A stretch of DNA of 64,000 nucleotides from Pyrinomonadaceae bacterium (GCA_046313635.1 JBKBYA010000003.1:216769-280768); one strand, 5' to 3'; positions 37,993 to 47,954 are shown, counted from the stretch's first letter. Notes: a model not told the origin generated them from the sequence alone. Made by a program: numbers and translations.

Positions 37993-38765
37993 GTCCCATC
38001 ACGCCGATGCCGCCCGCGGCGACGCCTCTCGCGAACCTGTCCGCTAGTCCGTCCTCGCAGGCGGCGACGTTTGAATTTGCGCCCGTCGATCCTCGGATCT
38101 CTTACCCTAGCTACAAATCGTTTGACGAGTTTTTTGACGTCGCTCGGCTGGCGGCGCTCGACGGCTACCTTCGCGAGCGGATCGAGCGGCACATTCGCGA
38201 CACGGCTGTCGGCGAGCTCGAACGAAAGTTCTACACCGGGCCGTATCGTCTCAGTGCCGATGTCGCCGACCGGCCCGGCTCGCGGATGATCTACCTCGCG
38301 GAGTCGACGCGGCCCGACAGTTATTTCGACCTCGACCGCACCGAACTCTGGCGGCCGACCGCAGCAGCGGAGGACTTTGCCGAGCTGATGGATCTGATCG
38401 CGACGCTGCCCTTCGAGCGGACGGGAAGGATGCTCGTGATCTACGACGACGCACCGCGCGACGTGCCGGCGCATCGCGATCACGTCGCGACCGACGTGCT
38501 TCACGAATTCGTCTGGATGCGGACGAATATGGACAAGCGTTTTTATATGCTCGACCACGCGACCGGCGAGCGACGGTACGTCGAGGGCTACAGCGCATGG
38601 TTTGACACGGTCAACCAGTTTCACGGCTGCGACGCGCACGACGGGCTGACGTACAGCATCCGGGTCGACGGCAGGTTCACCGACGAGTTTCGGTCGCGCA
38701 TCCCGCGGCCGCCTTTCAACGCGGCGTCGACGCCGTCGTTTTGGTGTTGCACGGAAAAAACATAA
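37989..38765 (+). CDS. Uncharacterised cupin/DSBH oxygenase-like protein (HxD...H)
   Basis: GRMLVI...VPAHRDH...AWFDTVNQFHG...SIRVDG resembles the Asp/Asn beta-hydroxylase-type facial triad. Confidence 0.65.
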   Translation: MSPITPMPPAATPLANLSASPSSQAATFEFAPVDPRISYPSYKSFDEFFDVARLAALDGYLRERIERHIRDTAVGELERKFYTGPYRLSADVADRPGSRMIYLAESTRPDSYFDLDRTELWRPTAAAEDFAELMDLIATLPFERTGRMLVIYDDAPRDVPAHRDHVATDVLHEFVWMRTNMDKRFYMLDHATGERRYVEGYSAWFDTVNQFHGCDAHDGLTYSIRVDGRFTDEFRSRIPRPPFNAASTPSFWCCTEKT

Positions 38766-38808
38766 TTTTTTAAGATTGAAAACAAATAAAGAGCGAACAA
38801 GGGGAGAA

Positions 38809-41091
38809 ATGAAAATCTACGTCAGCGGACTCTACAGCGGGACCAATCCGCAGCCCGGGGTCGGGATCGCCCGATCGCTCAGGCTCGCATATCCCGAGGC
38901 CGAGCTGATCGGGGTCGAATATTCCAATCGATGCTCCGGCATTCACTGGAAGGACTTTGACCGCATCTGGCTCCACCGGCCCTGGAACGAACTCAACCTA
39001 GAAACTCACGCACGCGACATCCGCCGCGTCCTCGACGAGGGCGGTCTCTGGATCTCGAGCATCGATCTCGAGATCATGTGGCTCGCCACGCTGATGCCCG
39101 ACGGGCATCCCAACCTGCTGACGCCGCCGCTCGAGGCGCTCAAGCTCGTCGCCAAGCCGGCGATACCCGCACACGAAGGGCTGCCGGTGAAGATACCGGA
39201 ATTCGTCACGACCGAGCTCAGCGACTGGGAGCTGCACGAATTCTGCCGGCGAAAGAACTGGAAGGTCTGGCTCAAGGGACCTTATTACGAGGCCGTTCGC
39301 ACGCCGTCGTGGGCCGAGCTCGAGCGTTACCGCACGATACTCAGCAAGGCGTGGGCGATCGACACGCTCGCGCTGCAGGAGCATCGTTCGGGTTACGAGG
39401 AGTCGGTTATGCTGTCGGCCTTTCGCGGCGAGCTGCTCGACTGCGTTTATATGCGCAAGCGCGACCTGACGGAGCTCGGCAAGACATGGGCCGGCGACAC
39501 GTCGCCCGTTCCGCTCGAGCTGATCTATCCGCTGCGCGACATCATTCGCGAGATCAAATGGACCGGCGGCGCCGAGCTCGAAATGGTCCGCGATGCCGAA
39601 GGGCAGTTGTGGCTGCTCGAGTGGAACCCGCGCTTTCCCGCATGGGTGCACGGCTCGACGATCACGGGCCGCAATTTGCCCGCGGCCCTCGTCGAGGGCG
39701 CGACCGGCAAGCCGGCGATCACGCATCCGCCCGACTCGGCTCAATTTGCGCGGGTCGTCATCGAGGTGCCGGTGCGGGCGGAATATCCGCTGCCGCCGCT
39801 GCCCGAGCCGTACGGCGGCGCGGTCGGTCACTCGCTCAAGCATCCGTCGGGGCTGGTCGAGTTTGCCGCTCATCTCAAGAAGGACGGCTTCGTTAATCCA
39901 TACGTCGATGCAAACGCCGACAGCGAAGCAAGGCGAGCGTCGATACCGGCGACTTTCATCGACGACATCGAGAAGCTCGATGTCGAGCAGATCGCAACGC
40001 CGGCGAGCGTCTTTCTCGAGTCGACCGCAGTCGAGCAGTTTCGCCAGGCACGCGAATTCGCCTCCGCTGCGAGCGCGGCCGGCATCGCGGTCCGCAACGC
40101 CTACAGCATCAAGACCGATCCGGACGAGCGTCTGATCCGGCTCGCGCTCGACAACGGATTCTATGCCGAGGCGATCAGCCTGCTTGAGGCGCAAAAGGCG
40201 ATCGACGTCGGCTTTGCTCCGAAAGAGATCGTCCTCAACGGCCCGGCAAAATGGTGGCGGCGGTCGAGCGAGACGCCGAGCGAATTTCGCGCGGTGTTTT
40301 GCGACTCGATCGAGGAGTTTGACCGCGTCGTCGCCGAGATCGACTCCGGCACGATCGACAGCGAGGTCCTCGGCGTGCGTTTGCGGACGCCGAACATCCC
40401 TTCGCGATTCGGCGTGTCGATCTCGCGGCCCGAAGAATTTGCAGGCCTCGTCCGCGCGATCAAGCGTCTGCCGCGGCGGTGCGGCTTCGGCGTGCACTTT
40501 CACATGGCGAGCAGCAACATCGGCGTCGAGCATTGGCGGCACTTGTTCTCGTCGATGCTGCGATGGTGCCGCTCGATCGAGGAGCTGACGGGCCGCACGA
40601 TCGAGACGCTCGACCTCGGCGGCGGATGGTTTCCCGACGACATTCACGGCGACCGCGGGCGCGAGATGCTGCACCACGCGATCGCGTCGATACCTGATTC
40701 GCTCTCAAATGTGCGCGAGGTCGTCTGCGAGCCGGGCAAGGCGCTCGCGCAGCCGGCGTCGGCTCTCGTGATGCAGCTGCTCGAGGTGCGCGGGCAGGCC
40801 GAGAAGGACTCGCACCGCGAAGCGATCGTCGACGCGTCGATCGCAGAATTGCCCATGTACTTCTTTTACCCGCACCGCATTCTTTACCGGCGGGCGGACG
40901 GCGACGCGAGGCACGGCTGGCAGCAGCTCGGCCGCGGCGAGACGTCGCTGCTTGGCCGGCTATGCATGGAGCACGACGTCGTCGCGACGGGCGTCGGGCT
41001 GCCCGAAGATGCAAAGGCCGGCGATTACCTTATTTTTCTTGACGCGGGAGCGTATGACAGGAGCATGAGCTATGTATTTGGACGCGGTTAA
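38809..41091 (+). CDS. ATP-grasp / fold-type III PLP decarboxylase fusion protein
   Basis: N-half: NPQPGVGIARSL, VWLKGPYYEA, LQE, AELEMV, LLEWNPRFPAW. C-half: AYSIKT, LNGPAK, HFHMASS, LDLGGG, EPGKAL, GRLCMEHD, DAGAY. Confidence 0.85.
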   Translation: MKIYVSGLYSGTNPQPGVGIARSLRLAYPEAELIGVEYSNRCSGIHWKDFDRIWLHRPWNELNLETHARDIRRVLDEGGLWISSIDLEIMWLATLMPDGHPNLLTPPLEALKLVAKPAIPAHEGLPVKIPEFVTTELSDWELHEFCRRKNWKVWLKGPYYEAVRTPSWAELERYRTILSKAWAIDTLALQEHRSGYEESVMLSAFRGELLDCVYMRKRDLTELGKTWAGDTSPVPLELIYPLRDIIREIKWTGGAELEMVRDAEGQLWLLEWNPRFPAWVHGSTITGRNLPAALVEGATGKPAITHPPDSAQFARVVIEVPVRAEYPLPPLPEPYGGAVGHSLKHPSGLVEFAAHLKKDGFVNPYVDANADSEARRASIPATFIDDIEKLDVEQIATPASVFLESTAVEQFRQAREFASAASAAGIAVRNAYSIKTDPDERLIRLALDNGFYAEAISLLEAQKAIDVGFAPKEIVLNGPAKWWRRSSETPSEFRAVFCDSIEEFDRVVAEIDSGTIDSEVLGVRLRTPNIPSRFGVSISRPEEFAGLVRAIKRLPRRCGFGVHFHMASSNIGVEHWRHLFSSMLRWCRSIEELTGRTIETLDLGGGWFPDDIHGDRGREMLHHAIASIPDSLSNVREVVCEPGKALAQPASALVMQLLEVRGQAEKDSHREAIVDASIAELPMYFFYPHRILYRRADGDARHGWQQLGRGETSLLGRLCMEHDVVATGVGLPEDAKAGDYLIFLDAGAYDRSMSYVFGRG

Positions 41092-42043
41092 TTTCAAAAC
41101 GGAATCTGAAACCGAGGCGACGGCCGTCACCGCGCGTTCGCGGCGGCGGGCAAGGATCACGGGTGAATTTGCGATCGCTGCACCGGCGGTCGAGCGCGAG
41201 CCGTTTGAGCCGTGGCGCGATTGGCAGGTATCGACGATCTCGCATCACGGTGCGGAGTGCTGCGAGATCGCGCGGCATTGGCTCGTCGCGACCGACCACT
41301 CGTCGCTGTGCGGCGCGGCGCCGACGACGGGGCCGCGATGGCTGCGCACGCGCTGGAGGTGGGGCGCGAGCAAATTTCCGATCTACTGGTGCGACGCGAT
41401 CGAGCGCGACACGCTCGACTGCGGAGCGCTGGCGGCATTCTCGTACGAGGTCTTCAGCGGCCGCGGCGTTGAGGCGTTTCGCGTGCAGATGGTGCAGCGA
41501 TACTCGAAAGACTCGGCCCGGCAGTGGAACGAGAGATGGAACGAGTGCGGCGAGCCGCTGCGATGGATCGACGGCGACCTGATCTATCACGAGGGCATAG
41601 CGATCGCTGCTCCGCACTCGTCCAAATCCGACTCGCATTCGCACGGCACCGTCGCGCAAATGCCCGCGCCTAACGGCCACGCGCATTCCAACGGCAGATC
41701 GCATCTCGCCGCCGTCGCAGACCGCGGCGCCGAAGGGAAGGTCATGAGCTTTCAGCCGCACCGCGCGCAGGCCGGCGATCATTCTCATAACGGGCACTCT
41801 AATATCGGAAATTCGACTCACGTCCATTCGTCGACCTCATGCCCGCTGCTCGAGTCGGCGCACGACGCGACCGAGATCGCCGTCTGGGACTCGAGCGCCG
41901 GATGGTGGTCGGACCCGAACGTCACCGAAGGCTACGGAGCGACCGTCGCCATAAAGCTAAGCGCGGGATCGGGCACCGACGCTCACCGCCTCTTTCGCTG
42001 GGGCCGCCATGCGATCAAAGCCGGCGAATGGACGCGGCTGTAG
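41072..42043 (+). CDS. Transglutaminase/papain-like protein with His-rich insertion
   Basis: LDCGALA (Cys), IYHEG (His), VWDSS (Asp) in catalytic-triad order; overlaps the upstream gene by 20 nt. Confidence 0.55.
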   Translation: MYLDAVNFKTESETEATAVTARSRRRARITGEFAIAAPAVEREPFEPWRDWQVSTISHHGAECCEIARHWLVATDHSSLCGAAPTTGPRWLRTRWRWGASKFPIYWCDAIERDTLDCGALAAFSYEVFSGRGVEAFRVQMVQRYSKDSARQWNERWNECGEPLRWIDGDLIYHEGIAIAAPHSSKSDSHSHGTVAQMPAPNGHAHSNGRSHLAAVADRGAEGKVMSFQPHRAQAGDHSHNGHSNIGNSTHVHSSTSCPLLESAHDATEIAVWDSSAGWWSDPNVTEGYGATVAIKLSAGSGTDAHRLFRWGRHAIKAGEWTRL

Positions 42044-42250
42044 GCGAGATCATTCGTCGAGCGTTTTGACGGCAGGACCGAACGGCGGGCCATGGGCCGC
42101 CTCTGAACAACGTGGATCGATCTTGAGGGCACCCGTTCGCCCTCTTTTTTTGACCGCGCTGCCGTACAGATCGCGCGTCTTTCATTTTCGCTCGCAGGTA
42201 AGCTACACTCTTCGCAATTTTTCCGATCTAGAAAGCTGGTACCTCCATCT

Positions 42251-43828
42251 ATGCTTTTCCTGACTCAGTCGGCTGCCGTCTTTGGGATCGATGCTCTGGT
42301 CGTCGATATCGAGGTCAATCTAAGGCCGGCGGGCGGCGAGAATGACTCGACGCCGGCGATAACGATCGTCGGTCTGCCTGACACGGCCGTGCGCGAATCG
42401 CGCGAGCGCATCCGCGCGGCGATCAACAACAGCCGGTACTTTTTCCCGATACAAAAGGTCACGGTCAATCTCGCTCCGGCCGACCTGCGTAAGGAAGGCG
42501 CGAGCTTTGATCTGCCGATCGCGCTCGGCATCCTCGGCGCCAACGGCGACCTCGGCAATTTCGACAAGGCCGGCGACATCTTGAGCGTCGGCGAACTCTC
42601 GCTCGACGGCCGCGTACGAGCGGTCCGCGGCGCGCTGTCGATCGCGCTCGCGGCGCGTGAGAACGGCATTCGAAACGTCCTGCTGCCTGAGGAGAATGCG
42701 ACCGAGGCCGCGGTCGTGCAGGGCGTCAACGTCTATCCGGTCGCCACGCTTCGTGACGCGGCCACGCTGGTCGAGGAGATAGCGGCCGGCGCGGCCTCGA
42801 CCCGCATCGCGCCGCTCAGGCTCGACATCGCCGAGCTGAAGGCGAAAGAGAATCGGTACGCCGTGGACTTCAGCGAAGTGCGCGGTCAGCAGACCGCGAA
42901 ACGCGCTCTCGAGGTCGCCTCGGCCGGCGGTCACAACATCTTATTCATCGGCCCGCCGGGCTCGGGCAAGACGATGCTGGCCAAACGCCTGCCGACGATC
43001 TTGCCGCCGCTCGAGTTCGAGGAGGCGCTCGAGATCACAAAGATACATTCCGTCGCGGGCCTCACGGGCCGCAGCGGCCTCGTCACGGAGCGGCCTTTCA
43101 AGTCGCCGCATCACACCGTCTCGCAGGCCGGCCTGATCGGCGGCGGCTCGATACCAAAGCCGGGCGAGGTCTCGCTCGCGCATCTCGGCGTTTTGTTTTT
43201 GGATGAGCTGCCCGAATTTGACCGCAGCGTGCTCGAGGTCTTGCGGCAGCCGATGGAAGATAAACAGGTGACGATCTCGCGAGCGGCGTCGTCGCTGACC
43301 TTTCCGGCGAGCTTTACGCTGGTCGCGTCGATGAACCCTTGCCCGTGCGGTTATTTCGGTTCGTCGACGCGTGAGTGCAAGTGCTCACCGATGCAGATCC
43401 AGCGTTATGTCGGCAAGATCTCGGGCCCGCTGATGGACCGGATCGATATTCACGTGGACGTGCCGGCGGTGAAGTTCCAAGAGCTGCGCGGCAACGGCGG
43501 CGCACCTTCGGGCGAGCCCTCGATCGTCATACGCGAGCGCGTGATGCGTGCACGTGAGGTACAGCTCGCGAGATTTGACGGCAGCGGCGTCTTTTCAAAC
43601 TCGGGAATGTCGCCGTCACAGATCCGCACCTTTTGCTCGCTCGACGCCGAGTGCGAGCAGCTTCTCGAAAGGGCGATGCAGCGCCAAGGCCTCTCGGCCC
43701 GCGCCCACGACCGCATCCTCAAGGTCGCCCGCACCATCGCCGACCTCGACGCCGCGCCGCAGATCCGCCCGCAGCACATCAGCGAGGCGATCAACTACCG
43801 CTCGCTCGACCGCAATTACTGGGTCTGA
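42251..43828 (+). CDS. comM: YifB/ComM Mg-chelatase-like AAA+ ATPase
   Basis: [65 protein letters not shown]. Confidence 0.9.
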   Translation: MLFLTQSAAVFGIDALVVDIEVNLRPAGGENDSTPAITIVGLPDTAVRESRERIRAAINNSRYFFPIQKVTVNLAPADLRKEGASFDLPIALGILGANGDLGNFDKAGDILSVGELSLDGRVRAVRGALSIALAARENGIRNVLLPEENATEAAVVQGVNVYPVATLRDAATLVEEIAAGAASTRIAPLRLDIAELKAKENRYAVDFSEVRGQQTAKRALEVASAGGHNILFIGPPGSGKTMLAKRLPTILPPLEFEEALEITKIHSVAGLTGRSGLVTERPFKSPHHTVSQAGLIGGGSIPKPGEVSLAHLGVLFLDELPEFDRSVLEVLRQPMEDKQVTISRAASSLTFPASFTLVASMNPCPCGYFGSSTRECKCSPMQIQRYVGKISGPLMDRIDIHVDVPAVKFQELRGNGGAPSGEPSIVIRERVMRAREVQLARFDGSGVFSNSGMSPSQIRTFCSLDAECEQLLERAMQRQGLSARAHDRILKVARTIADLDAAPQIRPQHISEAINYRSLDRNYWV

Positions 43829-44037
43829 ACCGCCGCCCCTGCCGCGGCCGATGGTGCTGACATCCGACGGCGTCCAAATCTCTTCCGCGAGCGGCGCGTC
43901 GGCCTCGCCGCTCGTCTGATCTAACAGCACCAGGCCGCAAAGCCGCATTGTTGGACATTGGATTTTTTCTCTGCAATCATTAGCTCAACTCTGTAAGTAC
44001 TAGACCCGAACGTCCTCCTCAGGACCTGGATCTCCGA

Positions 44038-45864
44038 ATGACCGCAACCAATCTGGCCGGATTTGAAAGTCTGCCGCAAACACTGCCGCACTACTGCCTC
44101 GAGTCGTTCAGGCGCCACGACAAGCCGGACGCGCTCGCGTTCAAGATAGGCGACGCGTGGCGCCGGATATCGGGCAGCGAGGCCGTCAGGCGTGTGCGAA
44201 ATATCGCTCTCGGGCTCGCCGACATCGGCATCGGCGCCGGCGACAAGGTCGCCGTCATCTCCGAGAATCGCCCCGAGTGGTCGCTGACCGACCTCGCGCT
44301 CCTGTCGCTGCGAGCCGTCAATATTCCGATCTACACGACGCAGGCCGTCGAGCAGATCCGCTACATTCTCGAAAACTCGGGAGCAAAGCTGCTCCTTGTT
44401 TCGGGCCGCAAGCTCTTTAAGCACGCCGAGGAGGCCATCCGCAGCGTCGAGCGGATAGAAAGGGTCGTCTTTTTTGACGATGAGGCCGGCGGCGCCGACG
44501 AACGCGCGACCTTGCTTTCGGCCGTCGAGCGCCGCGGCGAGGCGATCGCCGAAAAGGACGACAAGGCCTTTGAAGAGCTTCTCTCGCAGGTAAGAGCCGA
44601 CGACCTCGCCACGATCATCTACACCTCGGGCACGACGGGCGAGCCCAAGGGCGTCATGCTGACGCACGACAACTTTGTCTCGAACATCGTGGCGATCTCA
44701 AAAGGTCTGCCGATCAGGTCCGACGACCGTTCGCTCGCAGTGCTGCCGCTGTCGCACATCTTTGAGCGCACGGTCTTTTACGTCCTCTGCTCGAACGGCG
44801 TCTCGATCAACTACTGCGCTTCGTTCGATCAACTCGGCGCGCACCTCCAAGAGGTAAAGCCGACGATAATGACCGCGGTGCCGCGGCTCTTCGAGCAGGT
44901 CTATCACAAGATCGTGAAAAAGGGCAAAGCCGCCGGCGGCTGGCGGACGAGCCTCTTTGACTGGGCTCTCGAGGTCGGTCAGGAATACTGGTCGCACAGG
45001 GATATGCACGAGCATGTGCCCGCCGCCCTCGCGGCAAAACACGCCGTGGCCGACCGGCTCGTCTTTGCGAAGTGGCGCGCGGGCGTCGGCGGCCGTCTGC
45101 GCTTTTTCGTCTCGGGTGGAGCTCCTTTGTCCAAGAAGCTCTCCTACGCTTTTTGGGCGGCCGGCATTCCGATCCTCCAGGGCTACGGTATGACCGAGGC
45201 GTGCGTCGTCTGCGCAAACCGGCCCGATGACAACAAGGTCGGATCGATCGGCGTGCCTTTTGAAGGGATCGAGATGCGTATCGCCCAGACCGACGGCGAG
45301 ATACTGATCCGCGGCCGCAACGTGATGCAGGGCTATTACAACGATCCGGAAGCGACGGCCAAGGCCATCGATGCCGACGGCTTTTATCACACGGGCGACG
45401 TCGGCTATCAGGACGCCGACGGTCATTTTTACATCACCGACCGCATCAAGGACCTCTTTAAGCTGTCTAATGGAAAGTATGTCGCTCCGCTGCAGGTCGA
45501 GAGCCTGTTAAAGCAAAGCCCGCTTATCTCTCAGGCCGTCGTCGTCGGTTCGGGCCGCAAGCAGGTCGGGGCCCTCGTCGTGCCCGAGTGGGAAGCACTT
45601 AAGGAAGCCCTCAAAAGCGAAGGCGTCGACACGGGCCGCAGCCGCGAGGAGCTCTGCGAAGATCCGTACGTCGTCAAGCTCGTCCAGCGCGACGCCGTCG
45701 AGCTGACCCGCGAGCTCAGCGACTACGAGCGCGTCAAACGCGTCTATCTCTTGCCAAGAGAATTCTCGATCGACAAAGGTGAAATGACGCCTACACTCAA
45801 GATCAAACGCAGCGTCATAGACGAAAAGTTCGCGGAGGCCATCGACGAGATCTGCGGCAGCTGA
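44038..45864 (+). CDS. Long-chain acyl-CoA synthetase (AMP-dependent, FAA1-like)
   Basis: IYTSGTTGEPKGVML, LPLSHIFER, SGGAPL, QGYGMTE, HTGDVG, GKYVAP, MTPTLKIKR. Confidence 0.92.
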   Translation: MTATNLAGFESLPQTLPHYCLESFRRHDKPDALAFKIGDAWRRISGSEAVRRVRNIALGLADIGIGAGDKVAVISENRPEWSLTDLALLSLRAVNIPIYTTQAVEQIRYILENSGAKLLLVSGRKLFKHAEEAIRSVERIERVVFFDDEAGGADERATLLSAVERRGEAIAEKDDKAFEELLSQVRADDLATIIYTSGTTGEPKGVMLTHDNFVSNIVAISKGLPIRSDDRSLAVLPLSHIFERTVFYVLCSNGVSINYCASFDQLGAHLQEVKPTIMTAVPRLFEQVYHKIVKKGKAAGGWRTSLFDWALEVGQEYWSHRDMHEHVPAALAAKHAVADRLVFAKWRAGVGGRLRFFVSGGAPLSKKLSYAFWAAGIPILQGYGMTEACVVCANRPDDNKVGSIGVPFEGIEMRIAQTDGEILIRGRNVMQGYYNDPEATAKAIDADGFYHTGDVGYQDADGHFYITDRIKDLFKLSNGKYVAPLQVESLLKQSPLISQAVVVGSGRKQVGALVVPEWEALKEALKSEGVDTGRSREELCEDPYVVKLVQRDAVELTRELSDYERVKRVYLLPREFSIDKGEMTPTLKIKRSVIDEKFAEAIDEICGS

Positions 45865-45871
45865 ACCGGCC

Positions 45872-46153
45872 TCAAATTCCCAGTAAAGCGTCCAACCGCG
45901 CGGAGACCACCGCTTGGCTCGTCAGTACCGAATCGGCGAGCTCGCGCAGTGCGGCCGGCATCGGCGGCGCTTCGACCTCGATGATCTCGCCGAGCGGGAA
46001 TAGGTAATAGAGATCCAACTCGGCAGCACAGAAGTCACACTCGACCGTGTGCCTGACCAGCTCGCGGTCGCTCTGCCTGCGCGCGCCGTAGAGCGTGACG
46101 TGGTATAGGTCCCAGGAGCTTGGGCACTCCCTGGTTTTTTTGAAGATAGCCAT
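45872..46153 (-). CDS. Small soluble zf-HC2-like (anti-sigma-like) protein
   Basis: ECPS...HTVECDFC (C...HxxxCxxC); no TM segment. Confidence 0.65.
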   Translation of the reverse strand: MAIFKKTRECPSSWDLYHVTLYGARRQSDRELVRHTVECDFCAAELDLYYLFPLGEIIEVEAPPMPAALRELADSVLTSQAVVSARLDALLGI

Positions 46154-46419
46154 TTTTGCCTGGACTCTATCGCGGCGTCTACTGCGGTAAAAGAGCCGGC
46201 CGTTCCGGGGCCCTTCTCCAAACCCGTCAGAGTATCGCTGTCTGTATTGTTATACCGCTTCTATATCAGCAATAGCGGCGGCCTTCCAAATCTGCCGCGT
46301 CGGCCGCGATCAGAGACGAGCAAGATCGTATCGGCGGCCACTTTTTGGCACCTCGAAGTTATTCGCACACATAGATTTAGGCCTAGTGCCTCCGCAGTGT
46401 TGTGCAATGTAAAAACTTG

Positions 46420-46448
46420 TTGCCCAATTCAGGATTAGTTGCTATCAT
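46420..46448 (+). promoter_or_regulatory. Putative sigma70 promoter
   Basis: TTGCCC-17 nt-TATCAT, ~210 nt upstream of the 46658 ORF; hairpin at 46455-46488 follows. Confidence 0.5.
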
Positions 46449-46657
46449 CTTACCTGTGGCGGATGATCGCGTTCCGGTCACGGCCACACCTTCCAAATAA
46501 CCTTCAGTGCTCGGCGCTTAATCAATTTCAATTCCCAACTCCTCGCAGACCGATAGGCCGGACGACCGAAGGCCGGAGTTCCCGAGAACGCACCTGAGGC
46601 ATTTGGAAAACTTTCCACTAGTTTGGGGACGCCGCCGGCTTGGCCGGATCGCCCAAC

Positions 46658-47821
46658 ATGTTCACCAATATGACTTCACTGACGCCCAACGACCGATCTC
46701 CTCGACAAAACAATCACCGTCCTCTGAAGATCGGCAAGTGGGTCGACAGCCTCAAAGCATCCGACGTCAATCAGATCTGGATCGAGCTGCACCGGATCGT
46801 CTCGTCCCACCCGCTGGTTCGCGCCTCGAAGCAGGCAGGATTTCTGGTCGAAGAGGGCCGACAGAACGCCTACACAGACCTCACGCAAGAGCTCTTTGTA
46901 GCTCTGCTCACAAAAGAGAGGTTTCAGCATTATCTGGATACCGAGATGACCGACGCCGAGATCGAGGCGGAGATCAGCCAGATCGAGCTGACCAATATGC
47001 TGACGGCGGAGCTGCGAAAGCGTTATCCCGAATCGTACCGCCTCGCCCGCCGCATCTCGACGATCGTCCAGTCGAGCGAGAAGTTCAAGAGATTTGATAA
47101 CCGGGCGCATCCCGAGATACACCGGCGGCTGGCGGACCGGCTTTACGGTCTGAGCGATTGGCCCGATGAAAAGACACGCCGCGACCTGCAGGAAATGCAC
47201 GAGCGAGTCAAGTCGGTGGCCTTTCTTGGACGAGATACTCGAATGGTGGGCTGTACCGGCGATTCGCAGATCGTCATCAGCAACGTCGAACTCGAAAAGC
47301 TGATCATACGCGTCTTTAAGGCGATCGATTCGCCGGTCGATGTGCGAAACCTGCGTTCATTCGTGATGTCGAGACTGCCCATCATGGACATTCATCTCGT
47401 GCCGGTCGGCGGGTCGGGTGACAGCGATGACGACGAAAAGATGCACTTTGAGCTGCCGGACCACCGCGAGACGCCCGAGCAGGATTATCTGCGTCACGAA
47501 GCCGAGAGCGCTGCGGCAGGATACGTCGACAGCTTTCTGGAAGAACTGAACCGCTCTGTGCGCGGCAAGGCCAAGCAGTACGACCGAATGATCAACGTAC
47601 TCTGGCATTGCTACCTCGTCACCAACGGCGGCACGCAGCTCGAGGTCGCCGAGATGCTCGGCGTGTCTGACTCGCTCGTGTCGGACTATCGCAAACGAAT
47701 CGAGGCCAATCTCCAGCAGTTATCGTTTGACGGCATCAACGAAGCGCGTCAGTTCGAGCGTGCGCTCAAGTCGCGGGTCAGGAGCATGGTCACGGTAGTC
47801 CGCGAAGAAGTGACCGCCTGA
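46658..47821 (+). CDS. Large sigma-factor-like protein with C-terminal HTH
   Basis: Region-2-like DLTQELFVALL and region-4-like TQLEVAEMLGVSDSLVSDYRKRI; start at 46658 or 46670. Confidence 0.6.
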   Translation: MFTNMTSLTPNDRSPRQNNHRPLKIGKWVDSLKASDVNQIWIELHRIVSSHPLVRASKQAGFLVEEGRQNAYTDLTQELFVALLTKERFQHYLDTEMTDAEIEAEISQIELTNMLTAELRKRYPESYRLARRISTIVQSSEKFKRFDNRAHPEIHRRLADRLYGLSDWPDEKTRRDLQEMHERVKSVAFLGRDTRMVGCTGDSQIVISNVELEKLIIRVFKAIDSPVDVRNLRSFVMSRLPIMDIHLVPVGGSGDSDDDEKMHFELPDHRETPEQDYLRHEAESAAAGYVDSFLEELNRSVRGKAKQYDRMINVLWHCYLVTNGGTQLEVAEMLGVSDSLVSDYRKRIEANLQQLSFDGINEARQFERALKSRVRSMVTVVREEVTA

Positions 47822-47875
47822 TACCGAGACGGCCTTCATTTTTTCTTCGGCCATAAGACCTCACTGCCTGAGGGC

Positions 47876-47938
47876 AAAAAAAGATCCCGCTCCGAAATGC
47901 GGCCGCAGACGCGGCGTATGACGGAGCGGAATTTTTTT
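47876..47938. terminator. Probable bidirectional terminator
   Basis: A7-GATCCCGCTCCG...CGGAGCGGAA-T7 between convergent genes. Confidence 0.65.
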
Positions 47939-47954
47939 CCGGACGATAAATGGC

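Noticed and set aside
46450..46657. Known riboswitch or ncRNA in the long leader
   Set aside because: Hairpins are present but I recognise no Rfam consensus; needs a covariance-model search.
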